64,000 nt of DNA from Syntrophales bacterium (GTDB taxonomy: Bacteria; Desulfobacterota; Syntrophia; Syntrophales; UBA2210). Below, piece after piece: positions 55,105-64,000 of the stretch (its first letter is position 1; each line of letters starts with the position of its first letter). The notes below the pieces were generated by a model, which searched no databases, was not told the DNA's origin, and was given only the letters and a program-made list of their open reading frames with translations. The stretch is taken from NCBI GenBank assembly GCA_963666365.2, contig CAXXNF010000002.1, positions 2,336,001 to 2,400,000 on the forward strand. The letters run 5' to 3'. A program made the translations under genes and the position numbers.

Positions 55105-55920
55105 TCACATCGAACAGGAAGGCTGCGAGGCAACTGATTCATTTTCTCCTGCAGAGACGCCACGACGCAGAGAAACACATTTGTGTGCGTAAATAAAGAA
55201 CTCCCTGTTTCCGGCAGGCCCCAGCAGTGGCGACTCGCACAGGCCTGCAACCCGGAACCCCCGGTCTTCCGCAACTGCTGCAATTTCATCGACAACCCGG
55301 TCATGCACCTCACGGTCCTTCACCACGCCGCCCTTTCCGATTTCAGAACGGTGTGCTTCAAACTGCGGCTTTATCAGCGCCAGAAGCCGGGCGCCTTCCG
55401 GAAGAAGGGGATAAAGCGCCGGCACTACCAGTTTGAGGGAAATAAAGGACACGTCAACCGTCACGATATCTATGGGCTCGTCAATTCCCCTGCCGTCGAA
55501 ATATCGTATATTGGTCCGTTCGAGAACACGGACACGCTCATCCATCCTGATTTTCCAGGCAAGCTGCCCATATCCCACATCAACGGCATAGACTATTCTC
55601 GCCCCTTCCTGCAGAAGACAGTCGGTAAATCCCCCCGTGGAGGCGCCGACATCCATTGCCACCGATCCCGCGACATCGACGCGGAAGGTCTCGAGGGCAT
55701 GCTTGAGCTTAACCCCCCCCCGGCTCACATAGGGATTCTGGTCTCCCCTGATGCGGATATCGGCATTGACCGATACAAGCTGTCCTGCCTTGTCTACCGT
55801 TGTTTCGTTGACTACCACGCTTCCCGACAGGATCAGTGAGCGCGCACGCTCACGCGACGACACCAATCCCCGTTCCGTCATCAGTTTGTCGAGCCGAATC
55901 TTTTTATCTTTATCACTCAT
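55105..55920 (-). CDS. tlyA: TlyA family RNA methyltransferase
   Basis: S4 domain [49 protein letters not shown]. Confidence 0.95.
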   Translation of the reverse strand: MSDKDKKIRLDKLMTERGLVSSRERARSLILSGSVVVNETTVDKAGQLVSVNADIRIRGDQNPYVSRGGVKLKHALETFRVDVAGSVAMDVGASTGGFTDCLLQEGARIVYAVDVGYGQLAWKIRMDERVRVLERTNIRYFDGRGIDEPIDIVTVDVSFISLKLVVPALYPLLPEGARLLALIKPQFEAHRSEIGKGGVVKDREVHDRVVDEIAAVAEDRGFRVAGLCESPLLGPAGNREFFIYAHKCVSLRRGVSAGENESVASQPSCSM

Positions 55921-57791
55921 GAAGCAAGCGCCATGATACGGAGTGTCTCTTCGACAATTCCCTCCGCATCAAGCCTGTAACGCCTTCTCAGCTCCGACTG
56001 CGTTCCCTGTTCCACAAACCGGTCATCTATTCCCAGTCGCCCTATCGCCCGCGGCGCGACACCTTTCTGCGCAAAAAGTTCCAGCACGGCGCTTCCGAAA
56101 CCGCCCATCAGCACGTTCTCTTCCACGGTAATCACCTTACCCGCGGCGGAGGCCGCATCGCAGATAAGATCGCCGTCAAGGGGCTTCACAAAGCGGCTGT
56201 TCACCACCGTCGCTTCAATCCCCTGTGATGACAGCATCTCGGCCGCCTGAAGCGAAGGGTAGACCGTCGATCCTATGGCGATGAGCGCCACGTCGCTCCC
56301 GTGACGGAGGATTTCGCCCCTCCCCAGTTCCATGACCCGCAGCGGATCATCGATGGGCACGCCCATCCCCCTTCCCCGGGGATAGCGGATAGCCACAGGC
56401 ACTCCGCATTCAACAGCGGTTTTGAGCATGTGTCGAAGCTCATTTTCATCCTTCGGCGCCATTACCGTCATGTGGGGAATCGACCTGAGATAGGAAAAGT
56501 CGAAAAGGCCGTGATGGGTAGGCCCGTCATCACCGACAATTCCTCCCCGATCGAGCGCCAGCACTAAGGGCAGCTTCTGAAGGCAGACGTCGTGCAGCAC
56601 CTGGTCGTAAGCCCGCTGCAAAAAAGTGGAATAAATTGCCACAACGGGGATAATGCCCTCCACCGCGAGACCCGCGGCAAAGGTGACCCCGTGTTGTTCG
56701 GCGATGCCCACATCGAAAAAGCGCTCGGGATAGATGCGGGCAAACTCATCGAGACCGGTGCCGTGGCGCATGGCGGCCGTTATTGCCGCCACGCGAGGAT
56801 TTTCCGAGGCAAGCTGCACCATGGTCCCGCCGAAGACATCCGTGTAGGCGGGTGGCGCGTCAGCATAGTGTGGTATCGCACCCGTATCGATATCGAAGGG
56901 ACCCAGACCGTGAAAACGAGAGGGCTCCTCCTCGGCAAATTTGTAGCCCTTCCCCTTTTTCGTAATAACGTGGACAAGGATCGGCCCTTTCAATTCGCGT
57001 ATGTTTTCGAAATTTTTTATCAGCTGATCGAGGTGGTGACCCTGAAGCGGTCCGATATACTTGAAGCCCATCTCTTCGAAGAGCATGCCGGGCACGAGGA
57101 AGGCCTTGAGCGATTCTTCTGCCTGTTTCGTAATTTTCACCATCTGCTCCCCGATCCCGGGAATGGTTTTCAGAAACCCCTGCACGCGACTCTTCAGCTT
57201 CGTCACCTGCTGCCCCGTCATTATCCTGTTCAGATATGAGGACAGGGCGCCCACATTGGGGGAGATGGACATCTCATTGTCATTGAGCACAATGATCAGG
57301 TCTTTCTGACGATCGCCGGACCAGTTGAGCCCCTCGAAGGCAATCCCCGCCGTCATGGATCCGTCGCCGATCACCGCAATAACCTTGTAATTCCGGCCTG
57401 TGAGGCACCGCGCCTCGGCAAGGCCCGAAGCAACCGATATGGAGGTGCTGCTGTGCCCTACCCCGAACACGTCGTAGATGCTTTCCTCGCGCTTCGGAAA
57501 TCCACTCAGCCCGCCAAGTTTTCTCAGTGTGCCGAATTCATCCTTTCGTCCCGTGACAATCTTGTGTGCATAGGCCTGATGCCCCACATCCCAGACAATT
57601 TTATCTTCGGGCGTGCTGAACACATAATGGAGTGCCAGCGTAAGTTCGACGGCGCCCAGCGACGCGGCAAGGTGGCCTCCATTCGAGGCGACCGTTTCGA
57701 TGATCTTCTGCCGTATTTCCTCCGCCAGACTATTCAGCTCCTCCAGGGTAAAATTTCTGATATCGGCGGGACTGTTAACTCGGTACAGCAT
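55917..57791 (-). CDS. dxs: 1-deoxy-D-xylulose-5-phosphate synthase
   Basis: [56 protein letters not shown]. Start at ATG 57791 after GAGGGAG. Confidence 0.97.
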   Translation of the reverse strand: MLYRVNSPADIRNFTLEELNSLAEEIRQKIIETVASNGGHLAASLGAVELTLALHYVFSTPEDKIVWDVGHQAYAHKIVTGRKDEFGTLRKLGGLSGFPKREESIYDVFGVGHSSTSISVASGLAEARCLTGRNYKVIAVIGDGSMTAGIAFEGLNWSGDRQKDLIIVLNDNEMSISPNVGALSSYLNRIMTGQQVTKLKSRVQGFLKTIPGIGEQMVKITKQAEESLKAFLVPGMLFEEMGFKYIGPLQGHHLDQLIKNFENIRELKGPILVHVITKKGKGYKFAEEEPSRFHGLGPFDIDTGAIPHYADAPPAYTDVFGGTMVQLASENPRVAAITAAMRHGTGLDEFARIYPERFFDVGIAEQHGVTFAAGLAVEGIIPVVAIYSTFLQRAYDQVLHDVCLQKLPLVLALDRGGIVGDDGPTHHGLFDFSYLRSIPHMTVMAPKDENELRHMLKTAVECGVPVAIRYPRGRGMGVPIDDPLRVMELGRGEILRHGSDVALIAIGSTVYPSLQAAEMLSSQGIEATVVNSRFVKPLDGDLICDAASAAGKVITVEENVLMGGFGSAVLELFAQKGVAPRAIGRLGIDDRFVEQGTQSELRRRYRLDAEGIVEETLRIMALAS

Positions 57792-57860
57792 AGCTCCCTC
57801 TTTTTCCGTCACCTGTCATTCCTTCCATACGCCCTGCTTCCGGAAAAGCGACGGCCTTCT

Positions 57861-58760
57861 TTATGAGGTTCGATCCACAATAAAACGCGCGATCATGCGG
57901 AGGGGATCGGCGCGCTCGTCAAAGGGTGAAAGATCGGTCAGGGCCTGGTCTACCAGTTCTCGGGCCTGCGCCCGCGAGGGTTCCAGTCCCATGAGCGCGG
58001 GATAGGTCGCCTTTTTTCGCTCGCCGTCACAGCCTGTTTCTTTTCCCAATACCTCCACATCGCCCTCCACATCGAGAATATCATCGGCAATCTGAAAGGC
58101 CAGTCCGATCTTCGCACCATATTCAGTAAGTCTTGCAAGCTCCTGCGGCCCTGCGCCGGCAAGGATCGCTCCGGCACGGAGAGACACCTGAAGCAGTGCC
58201 GCCGTTTTGTGGGTATGAATATAGCGGAGGGTCTCGAAATCAATCTCTTTCCCCTCCGATTCCAGATCAACCGCCTGGCCGCCGACCATACCGAAAAACC
58301 CCGCGGCACGGGCGATTTCTTGAATGACGGTCAGCAGCCCCTCTCCGTCAGAACCCCCGACGGCGGCCATGAGGCAAAAGGCCTCCGTCAGAAGGGCGTC
58401 CCCGGCAAGGATCGCTATTCCTTCGCCGAACACCTTGTGATTTGTCAATCTTCCCCGGCGATACTCGTCATCATCCATGGCAGGAAGATCGTCATGAATC
58501 AGAGAATAGGTGTGGATCATTTCGAGGGCGCAGGCGACGGGAAGTACCGCATCACTGTCTCCCCCCACCGCCTCGGCGGCGGCCATGCATAAAATGGGAC
58601 GCAGCCGTTTTCCACCGGCGAATATACTGTACCGGGCGGCGTTACAGAGCGAAGGGGGGTAGGCGTCGACCCCGGGCACATAGCGCTCGAGGGCCTCGTC
58701 AACTATTTTTTTCCGCGCCTCCAGATATTTCTTCAACGCTTCGCTGTCGTTACTGCGCAC
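57861..58760 (-). CDS. ispA: Geranylgeranyl/farnesyl diphosphate synthase
   Basis: GGKRLRP, IHTYSLIHDDLPAMDDD.YRRG, GQAVD, KTAAL, FQIADDILD. GTG start at 58760. Confidence 0.95.
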   Translation of the reverse strand: MRSNDSEALKKYLEARKKIVDEALERYVPGVDAYPPSLCNAARYSIFAGGKRLRPILCMAAAEAVGGDSDAVLPVACALEMIHTYSLIHDDLPAMDDDEYRRGRLTNHKVFGEGIAILAGDALLTEAFCLMAAVGGSDGEGLLTVIQEIARAAGFFGMVGGQAVDLESEGKEIDFETLRYIHTHKTAALLQVSLRAGAILAGAGPQELARLTEYGAKIGLAFQIADDILDVEGDVEVLGKETGCDGERKKATYPALMGLEPSRAQARELVDQALTDLSPFDERADPLRMIARFIVDRTS

Positions 58761-58986
58761 TTTCTTTCTCCTCTGTAAAGGGGGCAATGCGCACTTCATC
58801 GCCTTCCTGAAGGAGCATGTCCACTGTTCGTTCCGCCTCGTCGAGCTTGTTCATACAGAAACGTGAAAGCTCTATCCCTTCCTGAAAGGCTTTTAACGAT
58901 TCATCAAGCGTCATTTCTCCCGATTCCATCGCTTTTACGATACTTTCCAGCTTTTCCAGGGCCTTTTCAAATTTCTTTTCCGCCAT
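58750..58986 (-). CDS. xseB: Exodeoxyribonuclease VII small subunit
   Basis: [16 protein letters not shown]...LDESL..FQEG; lies between xseA and ispA. Confidence 0.95.
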   Translation of the reverse strand: MAEKKFEKALEKLESIVKAMESGEMTLDESLKAFQEGIELSRFCMNKLDEAERTVDMLLQEGDEVRIAPFTEEKESAQ

Positions 58987-60319
58987 CGCCGTTCTCCTTC
59001 ATGATGGTGGTGACATGTGCGTGGAAGGTTCCCGACGCAACCTGCACCGATACGGGGGTTCCCTCGGTGAGAGACGTCACCTCCCTGATAATCTTCCCTT
59101 CTGGCAATCGCCGTGCAATGCCGTATCCCCGGCTCAATACGGACAGGGGATTGAGACTTTCCAGCAAGGACAGAGATTCATTCAGCCGGCGCCGTGCGCG
59201 ATCCTGACAGTAACGGCACTGAAAAACAGCCTCTTTGGTCAATGTGCGCACCCGGTACCGCCCTTCGGCAATGACTCCCTTCGGGTTGAACCGCCGAAGG
59301 GCACGGGCATGCTCCTGTAAGCGCCGCTCCTTTTCGGCGAGCCCCCGGTGAATCCTCCGGGAAAGCCCGTCGCGCATGTCATCGACAGACAGTCTCAGAT
59401 CAGCGATTGTCCTTCGGGGATCCACAAGACGTTCTGCAAGAAAATGGAGGCGCTCCCGCCTGCTCTGTTGCAGATGCCGGCACACCTGCGCCATGCGATT
59501 GCCCAGGGAGAACAGTGCGCTGCCTAATTCTCTCCGGTCGGGCGCCACGATTTCCGCCGCCGCCGAGGGCGTAGGCGCCCTCAGGTCGGCCGTAAAATCG
59601 GCAATGGTGAAATCTATCTCGTGTCCCACCGCCGATACGACGGGTATGCGGGATCTGTAGATTGCCCGTGCCACCCGTTCGTCGTTGAAGGGATAAAGGT
59701 CCTCCATGGAACCCCCTCCCCGGGTTACAATGATCACATCCACATCGGTCCGGCTGTTGAGCAGATCAACGGCGTGAGCGATCTCGGCGGCCGCTTCCAC
59801 TCCCTGGACCCTGACGGGCACGATCACAATATTGCCTGAGGGGAATCTTCTTTTTGTGATATTCAGAATATCACGTATCGCCGCCCCCGTGGGCGATGTG
59901 ACAATCCCGATTTTTTCGGGAAAACGCGGAAGGGGCCGTTTATGGGCCCTGTCGAAAAGCCCTTCCCCTTCAAGCCTTCGTTTCAGTTGCTCGAAGGCGA
60001 TTTGAAGGGCGCCGATCCCCCGTGGTTCCGCGGCCTCGACAATAAGCTGATATTCGCCACGGGGAACATAGACTGAAAGACGCGCACGACAGATGACGGC
60101 AAGTCCCTCTTCCATGTCGAACCCTATGGCGTTGCCGCTCCGGCGGAACACCACGGCCCGCACCTGGCTTCCCTCGTCTTTGAGGGTAAAATAGAGGTGC
60201 CCCGATCCGGGCCGGCGCAGATTTGAAATTTCACCGGCCACCCAGAGAACGCCGAATCCAGTCTCCAGGTACGCCTTTATATTGGCCGTCAGTTCTGTCA
60301 CAGTAAGAATATGTTCCAT
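58967..60319 (-). CDS. xseA: Exodeoxyribonuclease VII large subunit
   Basis: [58 protein letters not shown]. Confidence 0.96.
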   Translation of the reverse strand: MEHILTVTELTANIKAYLETGFGVLWVAGEISNLRRPGSGHLYFTLKDEGSQVRAVVFRRSGNAIGFDMEEGLAVICRARLSVYVPRGEYQLIVEAAEPRGIGALQIAFEQLKRRLEGEGLFDRAHKRPLPRFPEKIGIVTSPTGAAIRDILNITKRRFPSGNIVIVPVRVQGVEAAAEIAHAVDLLNSRTDVDVIIVTRGGGSMEDLYPFNDERVARAIYRSRIPVVSAVGHEIDFTIADFTADLRAPTPSAAAEIVAPDRRELGSALFSLGNRMAQVCRHLQQSRRERLHFLAERLVDPRRTIADLRLSVDDMRDGLSRRIHRGLAEKERRLQEHARALRRFNPKGVIAEGRYRVRTLTKEAVFQCRYCQDRARRRLNESLSLLESLNPLSVLSRGYGIARRLPEGKIIREVTSLTEGTPVSVQVASGTFHAHVTTIMKENGDGGKEI

Positions 60320-60340
60320 AAAACAGGACGGGAAGAGGAC

Positions 60341-62098
60341 CTATTTTGCAGTCCCTTTTATTTCTCTTCTCCGTGAGGTGCCTCTCATTTTTTTCAACAC
60401 GTTCGATTCGATCCGTTTTGCCTGTTCCATCATGCCCGTCACATCATCCCCTTCAGCTTCGGGATCGAATTCCGCCTTTTCACTGATGCCGAATCTCATT
60501 CTCAGCACCTTCTCTTCTCGAGGAGTAAGCGTTGCCAGAATATTCCTCGTCTGTTTTGCCAGATCCATGCTCATGGTGGCATCGGAGGGCGACATAATTT
60601 TCTTATCCTCGATGAAATCTCCCAGAGAACTGTCCTCTTCCTCTCCGATGGGCGTTTCAAGAGATATAGGTTCTTTGGCGATTTTCAAGACTTTTCTGAC
60701 TTTTTCCAGAGGAAATTCCATCTTTTGCGCAATTTCCTCGGGGTTTGGCTCTCTTCCCAATTCCTGCACAAGGTAACGGGAAGTTCTGATCAGTTTATTT
60801 ATGGTTTCTATCATGTGCACGGGAATGCGAATCGTTCGTGCCTGGTCGGCGATCGCCCTGGTAATTGCCTGGCGAATCCACCAGGTGGCATAGGTGGAAA
60901 ACTTGTATCCACGTTGATATTCAAACTTTTCCACCGCTTTCATCAGCCCGATGTTCCCTTCCTGAATCAGGTCGAGAAACTGCAAGCCGCGGTTGGTGTA
61001 TTTTTTGGCGATACTTACCACAAGTCTCAGATTCGCCTGAATAAGTTTCTGTTTTGCCTCGTTTGCCTCAGATTCCCCTTTATTGATGAGTGCCACCAGC
61101 ACTTTCAACGATTCGGTCGATGCACCGATCTTGTCGGCAATCGCCCTTCTTTCGCGGCGGGAGTTCTTTACCACCTTCTCGGATTCCTTGAGCCTGGCAA
61201 GAGGAATATTCGCTTCTTTTGCAATTGCCTGTTCCTGTTCGGGTTTTTTCCTCATACGCGCACAGAGGTCGTCCAGATTTTTCAGCGAGAGGCCCGTTTT
61301 CTCCTTGCATGCCTGTATCTGGTCTTCCATCACCCTGATACGTTCTACATTCTTTTTAAGCTTAGCCACCATCCCGTTCACCCGCCGCTTGCTGAAATTT
61401 ATCTCTTTGCAAAGGGCGATGATGCGCTGGGTATTTTTTTCGATGTCTGAAGCGAGGTGCGCTTTACGGGCTTCGTCAATTCCTTTTTCCCTCAGTTCCC
61501 CTCTCAGGACGGTATTTGCCTCATGAACCGCACGAATCTGCTCGATGAGCGCCTGCACCCGCTCAATATGCACCTCTTCTTCCACAAACCCCGCTTCATC
61601 CTCAAGGCTGTCGATCACGCTTTTTATACGAATGTCGCCGTTTTTGAGCCGTTCTCCGATCCTGACCACCTCTTCCACGAAATAGGGGAGATTGAAAAGG
61701 GTCTGCATTACTTTGCGCTCCCCCTCTTCGATCTGTTTGGCGATTTCTACTTCTTCCTCTCGGCTCAGAAGGGAAACAAGCCCCATTTCCCGCAAATAGA
61801 GCTTTACGGGGTCTCCGGTCTTGCCCAGAGGAGAGGCCATGGCCGAAGGCTCTTTGTCGAGTTCTTTCTGATCGTCGGAGTCATCGGAAAATTTACTTCT
61901 CCCGGTGGGACTCTCCTTTTCCGCATCTATGACATCTATATTTTTTTCACCGAAAAACACAATAATATCGTCAATCTGATCGGAAGATACGACATCGGAC
62001 GGCAGCATGTCATTCATGTCATCATAGGTAAGAAAACCCTTTTCCTCACCCAGAGAAATCAGCTTTTTCACTTCATCCGAGTTAATGACTCTTTTCAT
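60341..62098 (-). CDS. rpoD: Primary-type sigma70 factor RpoD with degenerate region 4.2
   Basis: Region 1.1, 1.2 ([11 protein letters not shown]), 2 ([42 protein letters not shown]) and 3 are intact; directly downstream of dnaG. C-terminal HTH is non-consensus. Start at ATG 62098 after AAGGAG. Confidence 0.93.
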   Translation of the reverse strand: MKRVINSDEVKKLISLGEEKGFLTYDDMNDMLPSDVVSSDQIDDIIVFFGEKNIDVIDAEKESPTGRSKFSDDSDDQKELDKEPSAMASPLGKTGDPVKLYLREMGLVSLLSREEEVEIAKQIEEGERKVMQTLFNLPYFVEEVVRIGERLKNGDIRIKSVIDSLEDEAGFVEEEVHIERVQALIEQIRAVHEANTVLRGELREKGIDEARKAHLASDIEKNTQRIIALCKEINFSKRRVNGMVAKLKKNVERIRVMEDQIQACKEKTGLSLKNLDDLCARMRKKPEQEQAIAKEANIPLARLKESEKVVKNSRRERRAIADKIGASTESLKVLVALINKGESEANEAKQKLIQANLRLVVSIAKKYTNRGLQFLDLIQEGNIGLMKAVEKFEYQRGYKFSTYATWWIRQAITRAIADQARTIRIPVHMIETINKLIRTSRYLVQELGREPNPEEIAQKMEFPLEKVRKVLKIAKEPISLETPIGEEEDSSLGDFIEDKKIMSPSDATMSMDLAKQTRNILATLTPREEKVLRMRFGISEKAEFDPEAEGDDVTGMMEQAKRIESNVLKKMRGTSRRREIKGTAK

Positions 62099-62147
62099 GT
62101 AGTTTTTCTCCTTGTATGCCGGCGGCATTGATCATTCATATCACTCG

Positions 62148-63944
62148 TCACAGAAAGGTTTCCTGCGACTGGAGCCGTTTTTCTTCTCCGAGCAAACGCT
62201 CCTTTTCAAGCAGCAGCCTGCGGCAGAGATCTCCATCACCTTTTTCACGGGCCGTCACCATTTGCCGCATCAGCATTCGATGGCGCTCCTTGTACCATTT
62301 TGCCTTAATTTTCAGTATAGTATCACGAAACACCCTGTCGATGATTTCTTCTTTTTCAGGAGAATCCTCCATTGCCAACTTGAGAAGGGCGTCTCTCACC
62401 GCCCTGTCGTCCATGCTGTCGGCGATATCCGATATGGTCACCGCCTGCCGGTTATCATAGGCCGCACACACCCGCTCGGCAGCCGCCTTCAGGCGGGGAT
62501 CGGTAAAAAATCCCAGGATCCGCTCATTTTGGATCAGCGGTATCTTGTGGGAATATTCGACCATCAAATAGAGGCCATACAGTTCTATCGGCTCGAGTCT
62601 GCCCGCCGCCGGCTCTGCATGGGGCTTCACATTCGGCACTTCAGCGCTCCTCTTCGTCGGCGCCTTTTTTACCCGATCCTTGATGAGCGATTCATCGAGC
62701 CCCAGCTTTTCAGCCACCCTTTTGATGAATAGATTCCGCTGAATTACATCGGAAATGGCACTGATCAATGAAATCGCCCTCCCGGCAAGTACGGTCTGTT
62801 CTTCCATCGATCGATTGTCCCCCATGACGGAGTCGATATAATAATCGACCATGGACGGGGCATGGGCAATCAATTCGTCCATTGCATCCCTGCCATGGGT
62901 CCTCACGTAATCATCGGGATCATGACCCTCCGGCAGAGGGACTATTCGCGCACGGACCTCCGCCTCGAGGAAAAGCGGCAGACTCCGTTCTATGGCAGTG
63001 CGCCCCCCCGCGTCACCGTCGTAGAGGAGCACGACATTCCGGGTAAACCTTCTGAGCAGTTCCACCTGGCGCGGGGTAAGGGCTGTGCCGAGCGTGGCCA
63101 CCACATTTCTGATACCCGCATTCCACAGCGAAAGCAGATCGAAATACCCCTCTACAATGATGCAGCCGTCACTTCGCTGAATATCTCCCTTTGTACGATA
63201 CAGACCGTAAAGATTGTCTCCCTTTATATAGAGGGGAGATTCCGGAGAATTAAGATATTTCGGTTCCTCGCCTCCCAGCGCCCTCCCGCCGAAGGCAACC
63301 ACATCTCCGTTCACATTTTCTATCGGCAGCATCAGCCTGTTGCGGAAACGATCATAACAGGCGGATTCATTTTTAACGACCAGAAGCCCCGCTTTCTCTG
63401 CGAGCCCCTGTGAAATTTTAGAAGCGGCAAAATAACTCCTGAGGTTCCCCCATCCCTCCGGGGCATACCCGATCTGAAATGTTTCGATGAGGGAAGCCCC
63501 CACCCCCCGTGCGTCAAGGTAATCACGGGCGATCCGCCCCTTTTCCGATGAAAAGTTCCTCCGATAATACTCGGCGGTCATGCGGTGCAGCGCCAGCAGA
63601 TTTTCCCGCTCACTGTGCTTCCTTTTTTCACCTGCCGTCATCCGCCGCAGGGGGATCTCAATACCGGCTCTGGCGGCAAGGTGTCGAACCGCCTCGGGAA
63701 ACGTGCAGGTGTTCACCTTCATCAGAAACGAATATACATTCCCCCCTTCGCCGCACCCATAGCACCGGTATATCTGCTTTTCAGGGTTTACCGTAAATGA
63801 TGGCGCTTTCTCTTTATGAAAGGGACAGAGGCCTACGTAATGCCTGCCTGCTTTTTTCAGCGTAACGAATTCAGAAATGAGATCGACGATATCCGTCCTG
63901 TGCTTTACCTCTTCGACTATTTCGTGAGGAATATATCCGTTCAA
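62148..63944 (-). CDS. dnaG: DNA primase
   Basis: CPFH.EK.PSF..CYGC zinc finger, DRFRNR, FGGR, KYLNSPE, EGYFD, YDGD.GG, DPDD. Confidence 0.97.
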   Translation of the reverse strand: MNGYIPHEIVEEVKHRTDIVDLISEFVTLKKAGRHYVGLCPFHKEKAPSFTVNPEKQIYRCYGCGEGGNVYSFLMKVNTCTFPEAVRHLAARAGIEIPLRRMTAGEKRKHSERENLLALHRMTAEYYRRNFSSEKGRIARDYLDARGVGASLIETFQIGYAPEGWGNLRSYFAASKISQGLAEKAGLLVVKNESACYDRFRNRLMLPIENVNGDVVAFGGRALGGEEPKYLNSPESPLYIKGDNLYGLYRTKGDIQRSDGCIIVEGYFDLLSLWNAGIRNVVATLGTALTPRQVELLRRFTRNVVLLYDGDAGGRTAIERSLPLFLEAEVRARIVPLPEGHDPDDYVRTHGRDAMDELIAHAPSMVDYYIDSVMGDNRSMEEQTVLAGRAISLISAISDVIQRNLFIKRVAEKLGLDESLIKDRVKKAPTKRSAEVPNVKPHAEPAAGRLEPIELYGLYLMVEYSHKIPLIQNERILGFFTDPRLKAAAERVCAAYDNRQAVTISDIADSMDDRAVRDALLKLAMEDSPEKEEIIDRVFRDTILKIKAKWYKERHRMLMRQMVTAREKGDGDLCRRLLLEKERLLGEEKRLQSQETFL

Positions 63945-63971
63945 TTCCTTCGTCTTTCTTGTGCTTCATGC

Positions 63972-64000
63972 TCAGCTGGACAGGACCGCCTTTACCAGTT
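63972..64000 (-). CDS. Possible 3' end of an upstream gene (GatB/YqeY-like by position)
   Basis: Only ...LVKAVLSS-stop is visible; yqeY commonly precedes dnaG. Confidence 0.3.

Noticed and set aside
60341..60480. Frameshift as the explanation for the odd RpoD C-terminus
   Set aside because: The residues align gap-free to region 4.2 with scaffold positions kept, and I found no TLEEVG/TRERIRQ in the alternative frames.

Overview
Bacterial genomic window, most consistent with an anaerobic deltaproteobacterium (Syntrophales/Desulfobacterota-like; inferred from gene content and order, not from a search). It has three blocks. (1) 1-9.2 kb: an N-terminally truncated GAF/PAS sigma54 activator, a eukaryote-type hexokinase, three tandem LivK-type solute-binding proteins with no permease, and an acyl-CoA ligase. 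(2) 9.2-43.1 kb: a visibly GC-richer block encoding a giant extracellular protein (N-terminal LEPRxLL motif, about 30 CARDB-like repeats, LamG, beta-propellers, Ig repeats, YD/RHS-like repeats, dockerin-like, PPC and HEXXH modules). It is split into 3840-aa and 6525-aa ORFs exactly at a G8 tract, and removing one G gives a single 10,363-aa ORF. A translationally coupled 861-aa secreted Ig/PKD/dockerin partner follows. (3) 43-64 kb: a second acyl-CoA ligase, fbp plus a class II aldolase, a composite REP-like repeat region, and a housekeeping run (dnaG-rpoD-xseA-xseB-ispA-dxs-tlyA-ispH::UbiA-lipoprotein-ferredoxin-tmk-holB-ricT-metG). Most striking: the homopolymer-split giant protein system, and an otherwise canonical RpoD whose region 4.2 (-35 recognition) helix is replaced in register by non-consensus residues.
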